Assembly: GCA_963723515.1 (NCBI GenBank)
Contig: CAVRQT010000002.1
Coordinates: 512,001-576,000, forward strand
Origin: Vulcanimicrobiota bacterium
GTDB taxonomy: Bacteria; Vulcanimicrobiota; Vulcanimicrobiia; Vulcanimicrobiales; Vulcanimicrobiaceae
Direction: 5' to 3'
DNA: 64,000 nucleotides
The notes beneath the pieces were generated by a model that was given only the letters and a program-made list of their open reading frames with translations, searched no databases and was not told the origin of the DNA. This document shows, in pieces, positions 51,771 through 63,554 of this stretch. The position numbers and the translations under genes are program-made. Each line of letters opens with the position of its first letter. Within the stretch, counting starts at the first letter, position 1.

Positions 51771-53126
51771 CTACTTCGAACGCACCTTAGGATACGCGCT
51801 CGTTTCAAAAAGTCCGGTCGGCTCCGCAAACGGCGTGATGCCGCTCGAACGCTGCACCTGTCCTCCTAAAGAGGAGAGCAACTCCTCAAAGCGCTCGTAG
51901 CCGCGATCGATGTACTCCAGGCCGATGATCTCCGTCTCACCCTGGGCGGCAAGGCCAGCAATGACAAGCGCCGCGCCGGCACGGATATCGGGCGCCTCGA
52001 CGGGCGCGCCGGAGAGAAACGGCACGCCTTTGATCAGCGCGCTGTTCGATTCCATTGCGACGCGTACGTCGGCACCCATGCGCGCCAACTCGTTGACATA
52101 CGAAAAACGCGCATTGAAGATCGATTCTTCGACGACGCTCGTCCCTAGCGCAGTTGCAAAGAAGGCGACCACTTGGGGTTGCAAGTCAGTGGGGAAACCG
52201 GGGTAGGGCGCGGTCAAAATATCCGTGCCGCCCTTCACATTCTCGGCCTTCACGCGAACCCAATCATCGCCCGACGATGTTTCAACACCGCATTCGGTCA
52301 ATTTGTCGAGTAAGGCGCGCTGATGATCCGGCTTGCACTTAGTGACCGTGACGTCGCCACGCGTCGTCGCGCCGCACAGCAGCAGCGTGCCGGCGACCAC
52401 CCGATCCGAAATGATCGAGTACTCGACGCCGTGCAATTCCAAGCAGCCTTCGATGACGACCGTATCGGTGCCGGCACCGCTGATCTTTGCGCCCATCGCG
52501 TTTAAAAAGTTGGCGAGATCGGCGACCTCGGGTTCCATCGCTGCATTTTTCAGCGTCGTCGTCCCTTCAGCGTTGACGGCTGCCAGCATCGCATTCTTCG
52601 TCGCGCCGACGCTCGGCATTCGCAACTCGATGTGCGCGCCGCGTAAGCGTTTGTATTTGGACGTTGCGATTAAATAGCCGTGTGCGTTCTTCACGTCGGC
52701 GCCAAGCGCACGAAAGGCTTGTTCGTGCATATCAGTCGCGCGTGTTCCCAGCACGCAGCCGCCGGGAAGCGGAACTTCAGCGCGACCGAAGCGCGCAAGC
52801 AGCGGGCCGACGAGATCGAATGATGCCGCGAGTTTGCGCACGAGCGTGTACGGCGCGCGATGCGACGCAACGTTGGACGCATCGATCGTGACGGTGCCGT
52901 CGCCTTCATAGCGCAAGCGTGCGCCGAGCGCTTCCAAAAGCGACCACATGACGGAGACGTCGGTGATGCGCGGCACGTGATGCAGCGTGACTTTGCCTTT
53001 GGCCAGCAGCGACGCAGCCATGATCGGCAGCGCCGAATTCTTCGCGCCGTGCGTTGGGACGGAACCCTCGAGACGGGCGCCTCCTTTGACGCGCAGCGTT
53101 GTCTCAAGCCGGTCGAGCGTATTCAT
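51771..53126 (-). CDS. murA: UDP-N-acetylglucosamine 1-carboxyvinyltransferase
   Basis: GAKNSALP, LPGGC.LGTR, SVGAT, PGFPTDLQ and DRGYE. Confidence 0.97.
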   Translation of the reverse strand: MNTLDRLETTLRVKGGARLEGSVPTHGAKNSALPIMAASLLAKGKVTLHHVPRITDVSVMWSLLEALGARLRYEGDGTVTIDASNVASHRAPYTLVRKLAASFDLVGPLLARFGRAEVPLPGGCVLGTRATDMHEQAFRALGADVKNAHGYLIATSKYKRLRGAHIELRMPSVGATKNAMLAAVNAEGTTTLKNAAMEPEVADLANFLNAMGAKISGAGTDTVVIEGCLELHGVEYSIISDRVVAGTLLLCGATTRGDVTVTKCKPDHQRALLDKLTECGVETSSGDDWVRVKAENVKGGTDILTAPYPGFPTDLQPQVVAFFATALGTSVVEESIFNARFSYVNELARMGADVRVAMESNSALIKGVPFLSGAPVEAPDIRAGAALVIAGLAAQGETEIIGLEYIDRGYERFEELLSSLGGQVQRSSGITPFAEPTGLFETSAYPKVRSK

Positions 53127-53566
53127 GCGATCGGCTCGCAATGCAGCGTCTGTCCGTCGTATGGACCACCGCTGATCTCCAAAGAGAGATCTGAATCGCT
53201 TGTCGCCATTACCATCTCGAATGATACATCATCGCGGAGCGCGGCCATGACGACCTTCTTGTCGACCGCGACGCCGGAATAGCGGCACCCATCGAGCGTC
53301 GCAAGCCGAACGCGTCCGTCGGAGTAGAAGCCGGCATACAGGGGGCCGCTTTGCGTGCGCAGCCGATAGCGCCGCGCATCATTGTCCGCGATTTCGGTGA
53401 TGAAAGCAGGGAGCGCTTCGCTGCGTGAGGGCGTTTCTTGACGCTTTGATCCGGATTCGGCTGTTGCGAGCAGCATCGCTTTGAGGGCCGCAATCTCTAT
53501 GATCAACTGAGTGAGGACGACCCAACCCGCGGAGCGCGGCATGGCGGCAACTTCGGCGCGGCGCAC
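53123..53566 (-). CDS. hypothetical protein
   Basis: Fills the atpC-murA gap; stop overlaps the murA ATG; start uncertain. Confidence 0.6.
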   Translation of the reverse strand: MRRAEVAAMPRSAGWVVLTQLIIEIAALKAMLLATAESGSKRQETPSRSEALPAFITEIADNDARRYRLRTQSGPLYAGFYSDGRVRLATLDGCRYSGVAVDKKVVMAALRDDVSFEMVMATSDSDLSLEISGGPYDGQTLHCEPIA

Positions 53567-53586
53567 GTGCTTCCGCCGCGCTACGG

Positions 53587-53994
53587 CTAGTGGTGGCCTG
53601 TTAAGCGAAGTTTTGCGCTGGCAAAGTCGATCGTGGCCTGTTCCCGCGCGAAAGCCGCCGCGTCGGGAGCGCTCTTTTGCCGCTCGAGCGCCTCGTTCAG
53701 CTCGCTGCGCGCTGTTGCCGGATTAACGTCTTCGAAGCGTAAGGCGCGATCCACGAGCACGGTCACCCGATCGGGAAGCGCCTGCATGAAGCCTTCGCCC
53801 GTCGCAAGCTCCAATCGCTGACCTCCACTAACGTTCGCGCGCAAAACGCCGGGACGCAGCGCCGTCAAGAACGGCGCATGCCGCGGCAAGATGCCTTCCT
53901 CGCCTTCTGTTCCGACGGCAATAACGAGTTCCGCATCACCTTCAAAGACGACCTCGGTCGGCGTGATTAACTTAAACGAAACAGTACTAGCCAT
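53587..53994 (-). CDS. atpC: ATP synthase epsilon subunit
   Basis: LITP, GILPRHAP and GFM..LPDRVTVL. Confidence 0.96.
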   Translation of the reverse strand: MASTVSFKLITPTEVVFEGDAELVIAVGTEGEEGILPRHAPFLTALRPGVLRANVSGGQRLELATGEGFMQALPDRVTVLVDRALRFEDVNPATARSELNEALERQKSAPDAAAFAREQATIDFASAKLRLTGHH

Positions 53995-54012
53995 GCGCGA
54001 CTATCTCTCGCC

Positions 54013-54141
54013 ACACTTCGATAGGCTCAGTGTGACACAGGGACTTCCGCGCAAAGCATGATCGTGCGCTAAAGGCGTTAGTCCCGGTGTCATGTTGAGC
54101 AGTGAGCCTGCCCTGAGCGACGTCGAAGGGTCGAAACATGA
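54013..54141. repeat. inverted REP-like doublet (simple plus nested copy) between atpD and atpC
   Basis: CTTCGATAGGCTCAGTGTGACAC on + and TTCGAC[CCTTCGACGTCGCTCAGGGCAGGCT]CACTGCTCAACATGACAC on -; inner arms TGACACAGGGACT/AGTCCCGGTGTCA pair. Confidence 0.85.
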
Positions 54142-55668
<1,527 letters not shown>

Positions 55669-56535
55669 TTAGCTTTTAGAGAGCGCTTCCGCGCCGCTGA
55701 CGATCTCAAGCAGCTCCTTCGTGATCGCTGCTTGGCGCGCGTTGTTCATCTCGATCGTGAGTTCGTCGATCAGTTTGCCCGCGTTGTCGGTTGCGTTGTT
55801 CATCGCTATGAGCTGCGCGGCGAAGAAGGCGGCATCCGTTTCGAGCATCGCGGAGAAGAGCGTGAATTCGAGGTACTTCGGGAGCAGCCGCGAGAGCACG
55901 AATTCGGGCGACGGCGCAAACTCTACAGCGCCCCGCGGCCCTCTCTGAACGCCGGCTTCCCGTGCGGCGGCTTCCACGGGCACCAGTTTGCGCACATAGG
56001 GCCGCTGCACCATCATCGAAATCATTTGTGCGGCAACGAGCGTAATATCCGAGATAGCGCCGCTCACAAAATCGTCCGTAACCTGCCGCGCGAGCTCGCG
56101 TGCGACCTCGATCTTAGGTTGCGCGCTGATCGCCCACGTCGGACGGTTCCCTCCTCCGAGCCGGCGAACCGCGTTGCGCGCCTTGATGCCGACGGTGTAA
56201 AACGCGACATCGCGCTGCGCGTTGCGATACTGCTCCGCCTCGCGGATCACATTGGAGTTAAAGGCGCCGGCCAGCCCTTTGTCCGCAGTCATCACGATTA
56301 CTCCGGATGGCGCTCCACTGCGGCCCGGCTTCATGAACGGATGGTCGACGCTCGAGACGTTGGCGAGCAAATCGCGCAGCATCTCGTCGAGCGTATCCGC
56401 GTAGGGGCGAGCCTGCTTCTTCGCTGCTTCCGCGCGCCGAATTTTCGCCGCGGCGACTTGCTTCATCGCCTTGGTAATCTGCTGCGTGTTGCGCAACGAC
56501 CTGATGCGGTCGCGCAGATCTCTGAGCGACGGCAT
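55669..56535 (-). CDS. atpG: ATP synthase gamma subunit
   Basis: QITKAMKQVAAAK, DKGLAGAFN and ARQAAITKELLEI. Confidence 0.98.
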   Translation of the reverse strand: MPSLRDLRDRIRSLRNTQQITKAMKQVAAAKIRRAEAAKKQARPYADTLDEMLRDLLANVSSVDHPFMKPGRSGAPSGVIVMTADKGLAGAFNSNVIREAEQYRNAQRDVAFYTVGIKARNAVRRLGGGNRPTWAISAQPKIEVARELARQVTDDFVSGAISDITLVAAQMISMMVQRPYVRKLVPVEAAAREAGVQRGPRGAVEFAPSPEFVLSRLLPKYLEFTLFSAMLETDAAFFAAQLIAMNNATDNAGKLIDELTIEMNNARQAAITKELLEIVSGAEALSKS

Positions 56536-56557
56536 TACGGTTGAAGGCTCCTCTGCC

Positions 56558-58057
56558 TTAGAACGATTTGTTGTACTCCTTGACCGCCGCTTCCAATTTG
56601 CCAAGCGTCTCATCGGAGAGTTGGTTGCTGGAAGCAATCGCCCGCGGAATATCGTCGTGTTTTGCGTGCAACGAATCGATGAAGCCGCGCGCCCACTCTT
56701 GCAGGCGTGGCGTCGGAATGTCCATGACATAGCCGTTGGTCGCCGCCCAGATGACAGCCACCTGATCCTCCATTGGTTGCGGATCGTATTGCGGCTGCTT
56801 CAGAAGTTCGGTCAACTTTTCGCCGCGCAGCAGTTGCATCTGCGTCGCTTTATCGAGATCGCTGGAGAGTTTCGCAAACGCGGCGAGATCGCGATATTGC
56901 GCCAGTTCAAGCTTCAAACGGCCTGCGACGCTCTTCATGGCCTTCGTTTGCGCGTTGCCGCCCACGCGCGACACCGACAACCCGACGTCAACCGCCGGCC
57001 GTATGCCTTGAAAAAACAGTTGCGGCGTCAAGTAGATCTGTCCGTCCGTGATCGAAATGACGTTCGTCGGAATATACGCCGAGAAGTCACCGGCCTGCGT
57101 TTCGATGATAGGCAAGGCGGTCAGCGATCCGCCGCCGCGTGCGTCGGAAAGCTTCGCCGCGCGTTCGAGCAGCCGTGAATGCAGATAGAAGACGTCGCCC
57201 GGATACGCCTCGCGGCCCGGCGGGCGACGCAGCAGCAGGGACATCTCGCGGTAGGCCTGCGCGTGCTTTGTGAGATCATCGTAGATGATCAGTACGTCTT
57301 TGCCCTGATACATGAACTCTTCGCCCATCGCACAGCCGGCGTACGGCGCCATCCACTTCAGCGCTGCGGCTTCCGACGGTCCGGCGGCGACGATGGTCGT
57401 GTACTCCATGGCACCGCGCGATTCGAGCGTTTGTGCGACCGCCGCAACCGTCGAATTCTTCTGACCGATCGCGACGTAAATGCAGATGACGTTCTTGCCG
57501 CGCTGGTTGATGATCGCATCGAGCGCGATTGCGGTCTTACCGGTGCTGCGATCGCCGATGATCAGCTCGCGCTGACCGCGACCGATGGGAATCAACGCGT
57601 CGAGAACGCGGATGCCCGTCTGCAACGGTTGTTTCACGGGCTGGCGATCGACGACGCTCGGGGCAACGTTCTCGATCGTTCGGAAGCGGGTCGCGTTGAT
57701 CGGACCTTTGTCGTCGATCGGCTGGCCGAGCGGATTGACCGCACGCCCAAGCAGCGCATCGCCGACCGGAACCGAGGCGATGCGCCCCGTCCTTCGCACC
57801 TTATCGCCCTCTTGAATCTCGGTATCGGGGCCTAAGATGACAACACCGACGTTGTCCTCTTCGAGGTTGAGAACGACGCCTTGCAAGCCGTTCGGAAACT
57901 CGACGAGCTCTGACGCGCGCACGGCATCCAATCCGTAGATACGCGCTAAATTTGCGCCGACCTCAATGACGGTGCCGACCTGGTCCTCTTGTATCTCGGT
58001 CTTAAAGCCCGCGATTTGCTGCTTTAAGATGCCCGCTATTTCATCTGCATTGATCAT
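56558..58057 (-). CDS. atpA: ATP synthase alpha subunit
   Basis: [15 protein letters not shown] and [23 protein letters not shown]. Confidence 0.99.
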   Translation of the reverse strand: MINADEIAGILKQQIAGFKTEIQEDQVGTVIEVGANLARIYGLDAVRASELVEFPNGLQGVVLNLEEDNVGVVILGPDTEIQEGDKVRRTGRIASVPVGDALLGRAVNPLGQPIDDKGPINATRFRTIENVAPSVVDRQPVKQPLQTGIRVLDALIPIGRGQRELIIGDRSTGKTAIALDAIINQRGKNVICIYVAIGQKNSTVAAVAQTLESRGAMEYTTIVAAGPSEAAALKWMAPYAGCAMGEEFMYQGKDVLIIYDDLTKHAQAYREMSLLLRRPPGREAYPGDVFYLHSRLLERAAKLSDARGGGSLTALPIIETQAGDFSAYIPTNVISITDGQIYLTPQLFFQGIRPAVDVGLSVSRVGGNAQTKAMKSVAGRLKLELAQYRDLAAFAKLSSDLDKATQMQLLRGEKLTELLKQPQYDPQPMEDQVAVIWAATNGYVMDIPTPRLQEWARGFIDSLHAKHDDIPRAIASSNQLSDETLGKLEAAVKEYNKSF

Positions 58058-58245
58058 TTATGAGGCGCTCCGCTCCAAGCTCCGCGCCCCCCAGCCGAGC
58101 TGGGGCCCCCAAACCAAGGAGCGCTCACGATGTTTGTCATTGCACGATCCCCCGAGGGCGCTCCAAACAACATGCGTTGTCTTGAGGCGCTCCCCATTGA
58201 CGTCAAGGCACCGTTCCCCGGTGCCTCAAATTCGCATTTCATTTA
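58054..58245. mobile_element. MITE-like 178-bp insertion with 7-bp flanking direct repeat between atpH and atpA
   Basis: TCATTTA at 58054-58060 and 58239-58245; near-terminal IR TGAGGCGC/GTGCCTCA; internal hairpins. Confidence 0.6.
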
Positions 58246-58785
58246 AGTTGCTCCGAGCAACTCTCTGCTGAGTTCGTCGAGGCGGCCCGCTACCGAACCG
58301 TCGATCCGCCGATCGCCCATCATGATGCGGACGCCGCCGATCAGATTTGGATCAACCTTCTGCGTGACTTCGAAGTGCGTTGCGTAGCGGGTCTCTAACT
58401 CTTTGACCAAGGCGCTCAGCTGCTGTGCCGTAAGTTCTAACGCGGTCGTCACGGTTAGGGGTCGCGCGCCCCGCGCATCCATCTGTATTTGACGATACTG
58501 CTCCACCATCTCACGCAAGACCGCTTCACGCCGCTTTCGCACGAGCAACACGACGGTGTGCAGCGCCACGTCGTCGACTTTACCGGAAAATGCCGCAAGC
58601 AGCGCGCGCTCTTTCTCTTTTCGGTCGATGATCGGCGCGACAAAGAAACCGCGTGTTTGCGGATCCGAGAGAATTGCATCCCGCAGCATCGCCAAATCGT
58701 TGCCGACGCGTTCCACGGACGACTGCTCCTGCGCAAGATCGAAGACGGCTTGAGCGTAACGCCGCGCAAGGGTTTCGTTAGCCAT
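58243..58785 (-). CDS. atpH: ATP synthase delta subunit
   Basis: ARRYAQA, VDPNLIGG and IDGSV. Confidence 0.96.
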   Translation of the reverse strand: MANETLARRYAQAVFDLAQEQSSVERVGNDLAMLRDAILSDPQTRGFFVAPIIDRKEKERALLAAFSGKVDDVALHTVVLLVRKRREAVLREMVEQYRQIQMDARGARPLTVTTALELTAQQLSALVKELETRYATHFEVTQKVDPNLIGGVRIMMGDRRIDGSVAGRLDELSRELLGAT

Positions 58786-59276
58786 CAGTTCAGCGGCCGC
58801 CGCTCAATGAACCGCAGAAAGCCGTTGACGATCTGCGCATTGCGCGCCGCGTCGACTCGTTCGCTCGCCTCGCTGCGCGCAAGCGCCAGTGCTCCTGACG
58901 CGAGTTCCGACCGCAACTGTGCGCCCGCAGCGGCGCGCGCACGCTCCAACTCTCCCTGCGCGTTGTGAAGAACGCGTTCGCCGGCCTCCTTGGCTTGTGC
59001 GAACGCAGCTTCGCGCTCCCGTTGTCCTTGCGCGACCGCACGCTCTCGAATCGCCTTTGCATCCGCTTGCGCGTCGCCGGCTCTGGCCTGCAGCGCCTCG
59101 AGCGCCGCCTTCGCTTCGTCACGCCGGCGTTCCGCAAGCGCAATTTCATCGTTCTTCGCTTTCTGCGCGGCCAAGATCAGCGGAATCACAAACCTGCGGA
59201 AAAGCCAAATCAGCACGGCGATGAAGAGCACCGAGGAGACGACTTGGCTCCACGTCGCGATCGCTTCGTAGTTCAC
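58785..59276 (-). CDS. atpF: ATP synthase subunit b
   Basis: N-terminal TM plus Ala/Glu/Arg coiled coil; operon position. Confidence 0.88.
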   Translation of the reverse strand: MNYEAIATWSQVVSSVLFIAVLIWLFRRFVIPLILAAQKAKNDEIALAERRRDEAKAALEALQARAGDAQADAKAIRERAVAQGQREREAAFAQAKEAGERVLHNAQGELERARAAAGAQLRSELASGALALARSEASERVDAARNAQIVNGFLRFIERRPLN

Positions 59277-59704
59277 GACGTCGCCTCGCTGAGCGTGCGC
59301 TCGACCATCATGTCTGCGAGCTCGCGCACCGTTGCATGGCTCCGCTCGCGCGCCCTCGCCAACTCCGAAGTAGCGGTGCGCTGGGCTTCTTCGACCAGCG
59401 CCGTCGCCTGACGCGAGTAGTCTTCCGAAAGCGCGGCGCTTTGGTTCGAAGCTTCGGCGCGCGTCTTCGTTAGCGTCGCTTCCGCTTCACGCCGCGCCGC
59501 GGCGCGCATCGCCTCCGCTTGCGCCTCTAAGTCGGCGGCCTGCTCGCGGTAGAGATCGTAATGCGCCACCAGACTGTTGATATAGTCGCGGCGCTTGCGA
59601 ATTGCATTGCCGACGGGCTTCAAAAAGACAACGTTCAACAACGCAAAGAAAATTGCGAAGTTGATCAGTTGTACGATAAACGTCCCGTCGAGCTTGAGGA
59701 ACAT
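59273..59704 (-). CDS. ATP synthase subunit b'
   Basis: QLINFAIFFALLNVVFLKPV plus coiled coil; second b-type gene. Confidence 0.88.
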   Translation of the reverse strand: MFLKLDGTFIVQLINFAIFFALLNVVFLKPVGNAIRKRRDYINSLVAHYDLYREQAADLEAQAEAMRAAARREAEATLTKTRAEASNQSAALSEDYSRQATALVEEAQRTATSELARARERSHATVRELADMMVERTLSEATS

Positions 59705-59712
59705 CGCTCTGC

Positions 59713-59997
59713 TTAGTGGCCCGGCGGAATGTGGCTGAGCAATGTCGGCACTTTTGCGACGACGAGCAGCAGGTAGAACGCGATTCCGATCGAGATGATC
59801 GGAAACGCTTCCAGAATCCCGACGCCCAAGAAGAGAAACGTAAAGATGTTCGGTCGTGCCTCCGGCTGACGCGCGATCGCCTCGACAGCTTTCGAAGCGA
59901 CGATGCCATCCCCGATTCCCGAACCAAACGCGACGCCCGCCATGATGATTCCAAAGGCGATAAGCGTTGCTGCGACGACTAAGCTTTCAGAAGTCAA
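59713..59997 (-). CDS. atpE: ATP synthase subunit c
   Basis: GxGxGxG motif, ARQPE loop and ILEAFP carboxylate. Confidence 0.97.
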   Translation of the reverse strand: MTSESLVVAATLIAFGIIMAGVAFGSGIGDGIVASKAVEAIARQPEARPNIFTFLFLGVGILEAFPIISIGIAFYLLLVVAKVPTLLSHIPPGH

Positions 59998-60018
59998 AAG
60001 ATCACCTTTCCTTGTAGA

Positions 60019-60750
60019 TTAGTGCTCTTCAGCGATCGCCAGGGAGAGATAGACGATCGCCAAGAGCGTGAATAAGAACGCTTGAATCGTACCGACGAAA
60101 AAGTTGAAGAACTGAATGAAAAACGGCACAATCGATGCCGCGAGCGAAAGGTCGACTGGTCCGATCTTCACCCTCGCGGTTACAATCGACGCGATGATGA
60201 TGAAGAGCAGCTCGCCGACGAAGATGTTGAAGAACAGCCGCGCTGCCAGCGTCACCGGACGTACCAATTCCTCGAGCGTGTTGATCGGAAGAAGCCACAC
60301 AAACGGTTTGGTCAAGTGCGCGAAATACTTGAGGCCTTTCTTGCGTAGCGCAACGATTTGAATCATCACGAAGACCATCAGCGCGTACGACACGGTCGTA
60401 TTCAGGTCGGCCGTCGGTGAGCCGCCGAACGGCAGGCCGAGCGCTTTGAACGGCAGCATACCGAATTGGTTCAACAAGAAAATGAAGAGAAACAGCGCGA
60501 TAAAGAATGGGACGAAACGCTCGCCTTCTTCACCGAGTACGCCGGTTACCAAATCCGCGATGTAGTTGATGATCGCTTCAAAGATCGCTTGACGTTTTGT
60601 AACGCGCGGCGAACGGTAGCTCGCGCCGATCCAGGCGAAAAGCAACAGCGCAATCAGCATCACGAGCCACGTCGTGACGATTGTATCCGAATGCACCGTG
60701 CCGAGAACTGGTAAGTTCCAAACCAGATGTTCGCCGATTTGCTCGTGCAA
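60019..60750 (-). CDS. atpB: ATP synthase subunit a
   Basis: PTADLNTT, RPVTLAARLFFNI and IQAFLFTLL. Confidence 0.97.
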   Translation of the reverse strand: MHEQIGEHLVWNLPVLGTVHSDTIVTTWLVMLIALLLFAWIGASYRSPRVTKRQAIFEAIINYIADLVTGVLGEEGERFVPFFIALFLFIFLLNQFGMLPFKALGLPFGGSPTADLNTTVSYALMVFVMIQIVALRKKGLKYFAHLTKPFVWLLPINTLEELVRPVTLAARLFFNIFVGELLFIIIASIVTARVKIGPVDLSLAASIVPFFIQFFNFFVGTIQAFLFTLLAIVYLSLAIAEEH

Positions 60751-60755
60751 AAATC

Positions 60756-61157
60756 CTATTTCCGTTCAAAGTGGCGCCGTACCGAGAGCAGATACAACGC
60801 GAGTGGCAAGAAGAAGCCGGCAAAATAAATCGCTAGCATCCACCATTTGCCGACCAAGGCCAGCCCTAACGGCACTATAGCGAAGACGGCCAATCGCAAG
60901 AAACTACTTATGACGAACGCCGCAACGCTACGGTGCGCGAAAAGTCGCTCCGCGCCGTGCATGATCAGCCGCATGTTCAGCACGCCGCAAAGGCCGCCGG
61001 CCAGCAAACTGAACCCTGCCAGAAGCGAGCGCGCCGAAAGCCCCGCCGAGCCAACGATGACGACCGACAAGCACCAGAGGGTGACGGATCGCTTGAGCGC
61101 TTCGTAACGGCGAGTGTCGGCAGCCGCGTCGGCGGCGCTGTAGTTCCCAGCGCCCAG
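60756..61157 (-). CDS. atpI: ATP synthase protein I
   Basis: Hydrophobic ORF just upstream of atpB; probable CTG start 61157 after GAGGG (TTG 61070 is the alternative). Confidence 0.7.
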   Translation of the reverse strand: MGAGNYSAADAAADTRRYEALKRSVTLWCLSVVIVGSAGLSARSLLAGFSLLAGGLCGVLNMRLIMHGAERLFAHRSVAAFVISSFLRLAVFAIVPLGLALVGKWWMLAIYFAGFFLPLALYLLSVRRHFERK

Positions 61158-61168
61158 CGCGCTACCCT

Positions 61169-61351
61169 CTAGCGTGTCTCACGGAGCAAGAGCCGCACCG
61201 CGCCGTACCCGCCGACGGCCATGCCGCAGAAAATGCCGGCGAGAACCCACAGTTGCTGTCCGGTGCGGTTGCCGATCCAGATTCCCAGTAATAAGCCCAG
61301 AAGTACTGCGCCGGCAAACGAACCGCCGGCTGCAATCAAGGCTACAGTCAC
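61169..61351 (-). CDS. AtpZ/AtpQ-like small membrane protein
   Basis: Two TM segments, G..IG..IG and G...G.Y pattern; GTGA overlap with the wecB stop. Confidence 0.75.
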   Translation of the reverse strand: MTVALIAAGGSFAGAVLLGLLLGIWIGNRTGQQLWVLAGIFCGMAVGGYGAVRLLLRETR

Positions 61352-62529
61352 GTCGCCGCGCCGGCGACCGGTTGCGAAACCGGAAATTCTTGCGGGTAGG
61401 AAGTACCCCGCAAACGCGCGAGCAGCCATGCGACGATCCGTTCCGCCGCATGTCCATCGCCGTACGGGTTGCTCGCTTTGGCCATCCGCTCGTATGCGAC
61501 GGTGTCCGAAAGGAGGCGCTGAGCGGTTCTTACGATTCGCGCTCGATCGATGCCGACAAGCTCGAGAGTGCCCGCCGTCAGCCCTTCGGGCCGTTCGGTC
61601 TCCTGCCGCATAACGAGCACGGGCTTACCCAAGGTCGGCGCTTCCTCTTGCAGACCGCCGCTGTCGGTTAACACGAACTTGCAACGGGAGACGCAAGCGA
61701 CGATTTCCGCGTAATTGATCGGATCGGTTAAGACGACGCCGTCTTCGTTGCCGAGAATTTCGCGCGCGATCGGCTGCACGCGCGGCGACGGGTGAACGGG
61801 CCAAACGATCTGCGGCCGTGACGGCAAGCGCACGATGTCGCGCAGCGCTAAGCAAATGTCGCGCATATAAGGATGGTTCTCGCGCCGATGCGCCGTGACG
61901 AGAATGACGTCGCGCTTAGGATCGAGCTGCTGCCATCCCGCCGGAAGTGCCAGATCCGGACGCTGCGCCGTTTCGAGAAACGCATCGATGACCGTATTGC
62001 CGGTCACGAAGATATCTTGCGGCGCCACGTTTTCATGCAGCAGATGCTGCTTCGCGAGCGGTGTCGGTGCAAATTGATACGTCGTCAGCACCGCCGTTAA
62101 ACGGCGATTCATCTCCTCGGGATAAGGAAGCCAGCGGTCCGAGGTGCGCAACCCGGCTTCAACATGACCAACGGGGACGTGCTGGTAGAACGCCGCGAGC
62201 GCGGCCGAGGTGCTGGTTGTCGTATCGCCGTGGACGAGAACGACATGCGGCTGTGCTTCTTCGATGACGGGTTCGATGTCGATCAGCACGCGCGTCATGA
62301 TATGCGTCAGCGACTGATCGGGTGTCATGATGTTTAAATCGTAGTCGGGCGCGATTTCAAAGAGCTCGAGCAGATCGTCGAGCATCTCACGATGCTGCGC
62401 AGAGACGCAAACAATCGTTTCAATCTTCGGGGCGGCGGACTTAAGCGCATGGACGACCGGCGCCATCTTGATCGTGTCGGGACGCGTCCCGAAAACGGTC
62501 ATGACGCGCAGCGGATGCTGCGCGCTCAC
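61348..62529 (-). CDS. wecB: UDP-N-acetylglucosamine 2-epimerase (non-hydrolysing)
   Basis: FGTRP, QHREML, HGDTTT, HVEAGLR, TDSGGLQEEAP and NPYGDG. Confidence 0.97.
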   Translation of the reverse strand: MSAQHPLRVMTVFGTRPDTIKMAPVVHALKSAAPKIETIVCVSAQHREMLDDLLELFEIAPDYDLNIMTPDQSLTHIMTRVLIDIEPVIEEAQPHVVLVHGDTTTSTSAALAAFYQHVPVGHVEAGLRTSDRWLPYPEEMNRRLTAVLTTYQFAPTPLAKQHLLHENVAPQDIFVTGNTVIDAFLETAQRPDLALPAGWQQLDPKRDVILVTAHRRENHPYMRDICLALRDIVRLPSRPQIVWPVHPSPRVQPIAREILGNEDGVVLTDPINYAEIVACVSRCKFVLTDSGGLQEEAPTLGKPVLVMRQETERPEGLTAGTLELVGIDRARIVRTAQRLLSDTVAYERMAKASNPYGDGHAAERIVAWLLARLRGTSYPQEFPVSQPVAGAAT

Positions 62530-63554
62530 AATCCCGCGAGTTTGGTCAGATGGCCAACGCCGCCCGAGAGCACGAGCGCGGTTGCGCCGAGCAGAAAACA
62601 GACGGCATAGATCAGTAGCACTGCCTGACGAACGTTCAACCCGTAGCGGAAGATCAATTGATGGTGAAAGTGGCCGCGGTCGGCTTCGGTGATGCGAGCG
62701 CCAGAACGCAAGCGGCGAACGATTGCAGCCGCGGTGTCCACGATCGGCAAGGCGAGGATCAATAACGGAACGAGGATGCTGATGGAAATCGTCGTCTTCC
62801 CTTCGCCCAAGATCGAGACGGTCGCAAAGACGAAGCCGATGAACAGCGAGCCCGCGTCACCCAAAAAAATCTTCGCGGGGTTAAAGTTATACGGCAGAAA
62901 CCCCAACGCCGCACCGGCCAGCGCAATGACGACGAGCGCCACGACGGAGTGATGGTGCGCGAGCGCAATGACGAAGAGGAACATTCCCGAGATCGCGGTG
63001 ACGCCGCTAAGCAACCCATCGAGGCCGTCGATGAAGTTGATCGCATTCATCATGCCGAGGTACCACAACAGCGTGAGCGGGATGCCGACGTACCAGGGAA
63101 AGTAGATGTATTGATGCGTCAGCGGATTCTCGACGTACGGGATGACGAAGCCGTAGAGCATCGCAAGCAATGCGACGACAGTCTGCGCAATGAATTTGTT
63201 GCGTGCGCGCATCGTCATCACGTCGTCCCAAAGCCCGACCACTAAGATCAACGTACCGCCGAAGAGCAGCCCGATCAGATTTCGGATGTCGCCGAGGTCG
63301 TGGAAAAAATTGAACGGCGACCACTTCGTCAGGGCGATGCCGAGCACGGAGAAGAGCGCCACGGCAAAGGCGAGATAGATCGCGATGCCGCCGATGCGCG
63401 GCGTCGGCGTTTCATGGACGCGGCGCTCGTCGGCGGCATCAAGCATGCCGACATGCGTAGCGAGCCTGCAGATCAGCGGCGTCGCAAACAATGCGGTCAG
63501 CGCCGAAATCAGCAGCGCCGAGAGGTACAGCCAGACGCCGCTCGCGCCGCTCAG
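62526..63554 (-). CDS. undecaprenyl-phosphate GlcNAc-1-phosphate transferase (TagO/WecA, MraY family)
   Basis: P.IGG, GLWDD, NAINFIDGLDGL, IFLGDAGS and DRGHFHH; probable CTG start 63554. Confidence 0.94.
   Translation of the reverse strand: MSGASGVWLYLSALLISALTALFATPLICRLATHVGMLDAADERRVHETPTPRIGGIAIYLAFAVALFSVLGIALTKWSPFNFFHDLGDIRNLIGLLFGGTLILVVGLWDDVMTMRARNKFIAQTVVALLAMLYGFVIPYVENPLTHQYIYFPWYVGIPLTLLWYLGMMNAINFIDGLDGLLSGVTAISGMFLFVIALAHHHSVVALVVIALAGAALGFLPYNFNPAKIFLGDAGSLFIGFVFATVSILGEGKTTISISILVPLLILALPIVDTAAAIVRRLRSGARITEADRGHFHHQLIFRYGLNVRQAVLLIYAVCFLLGATALVLSGGVGHLTKLAGL

Noticed and set aside
58785..59704. Two b-type subunits as a novelty
   Set aside because: b/b' heterodimers are well known in several bacterial phyla
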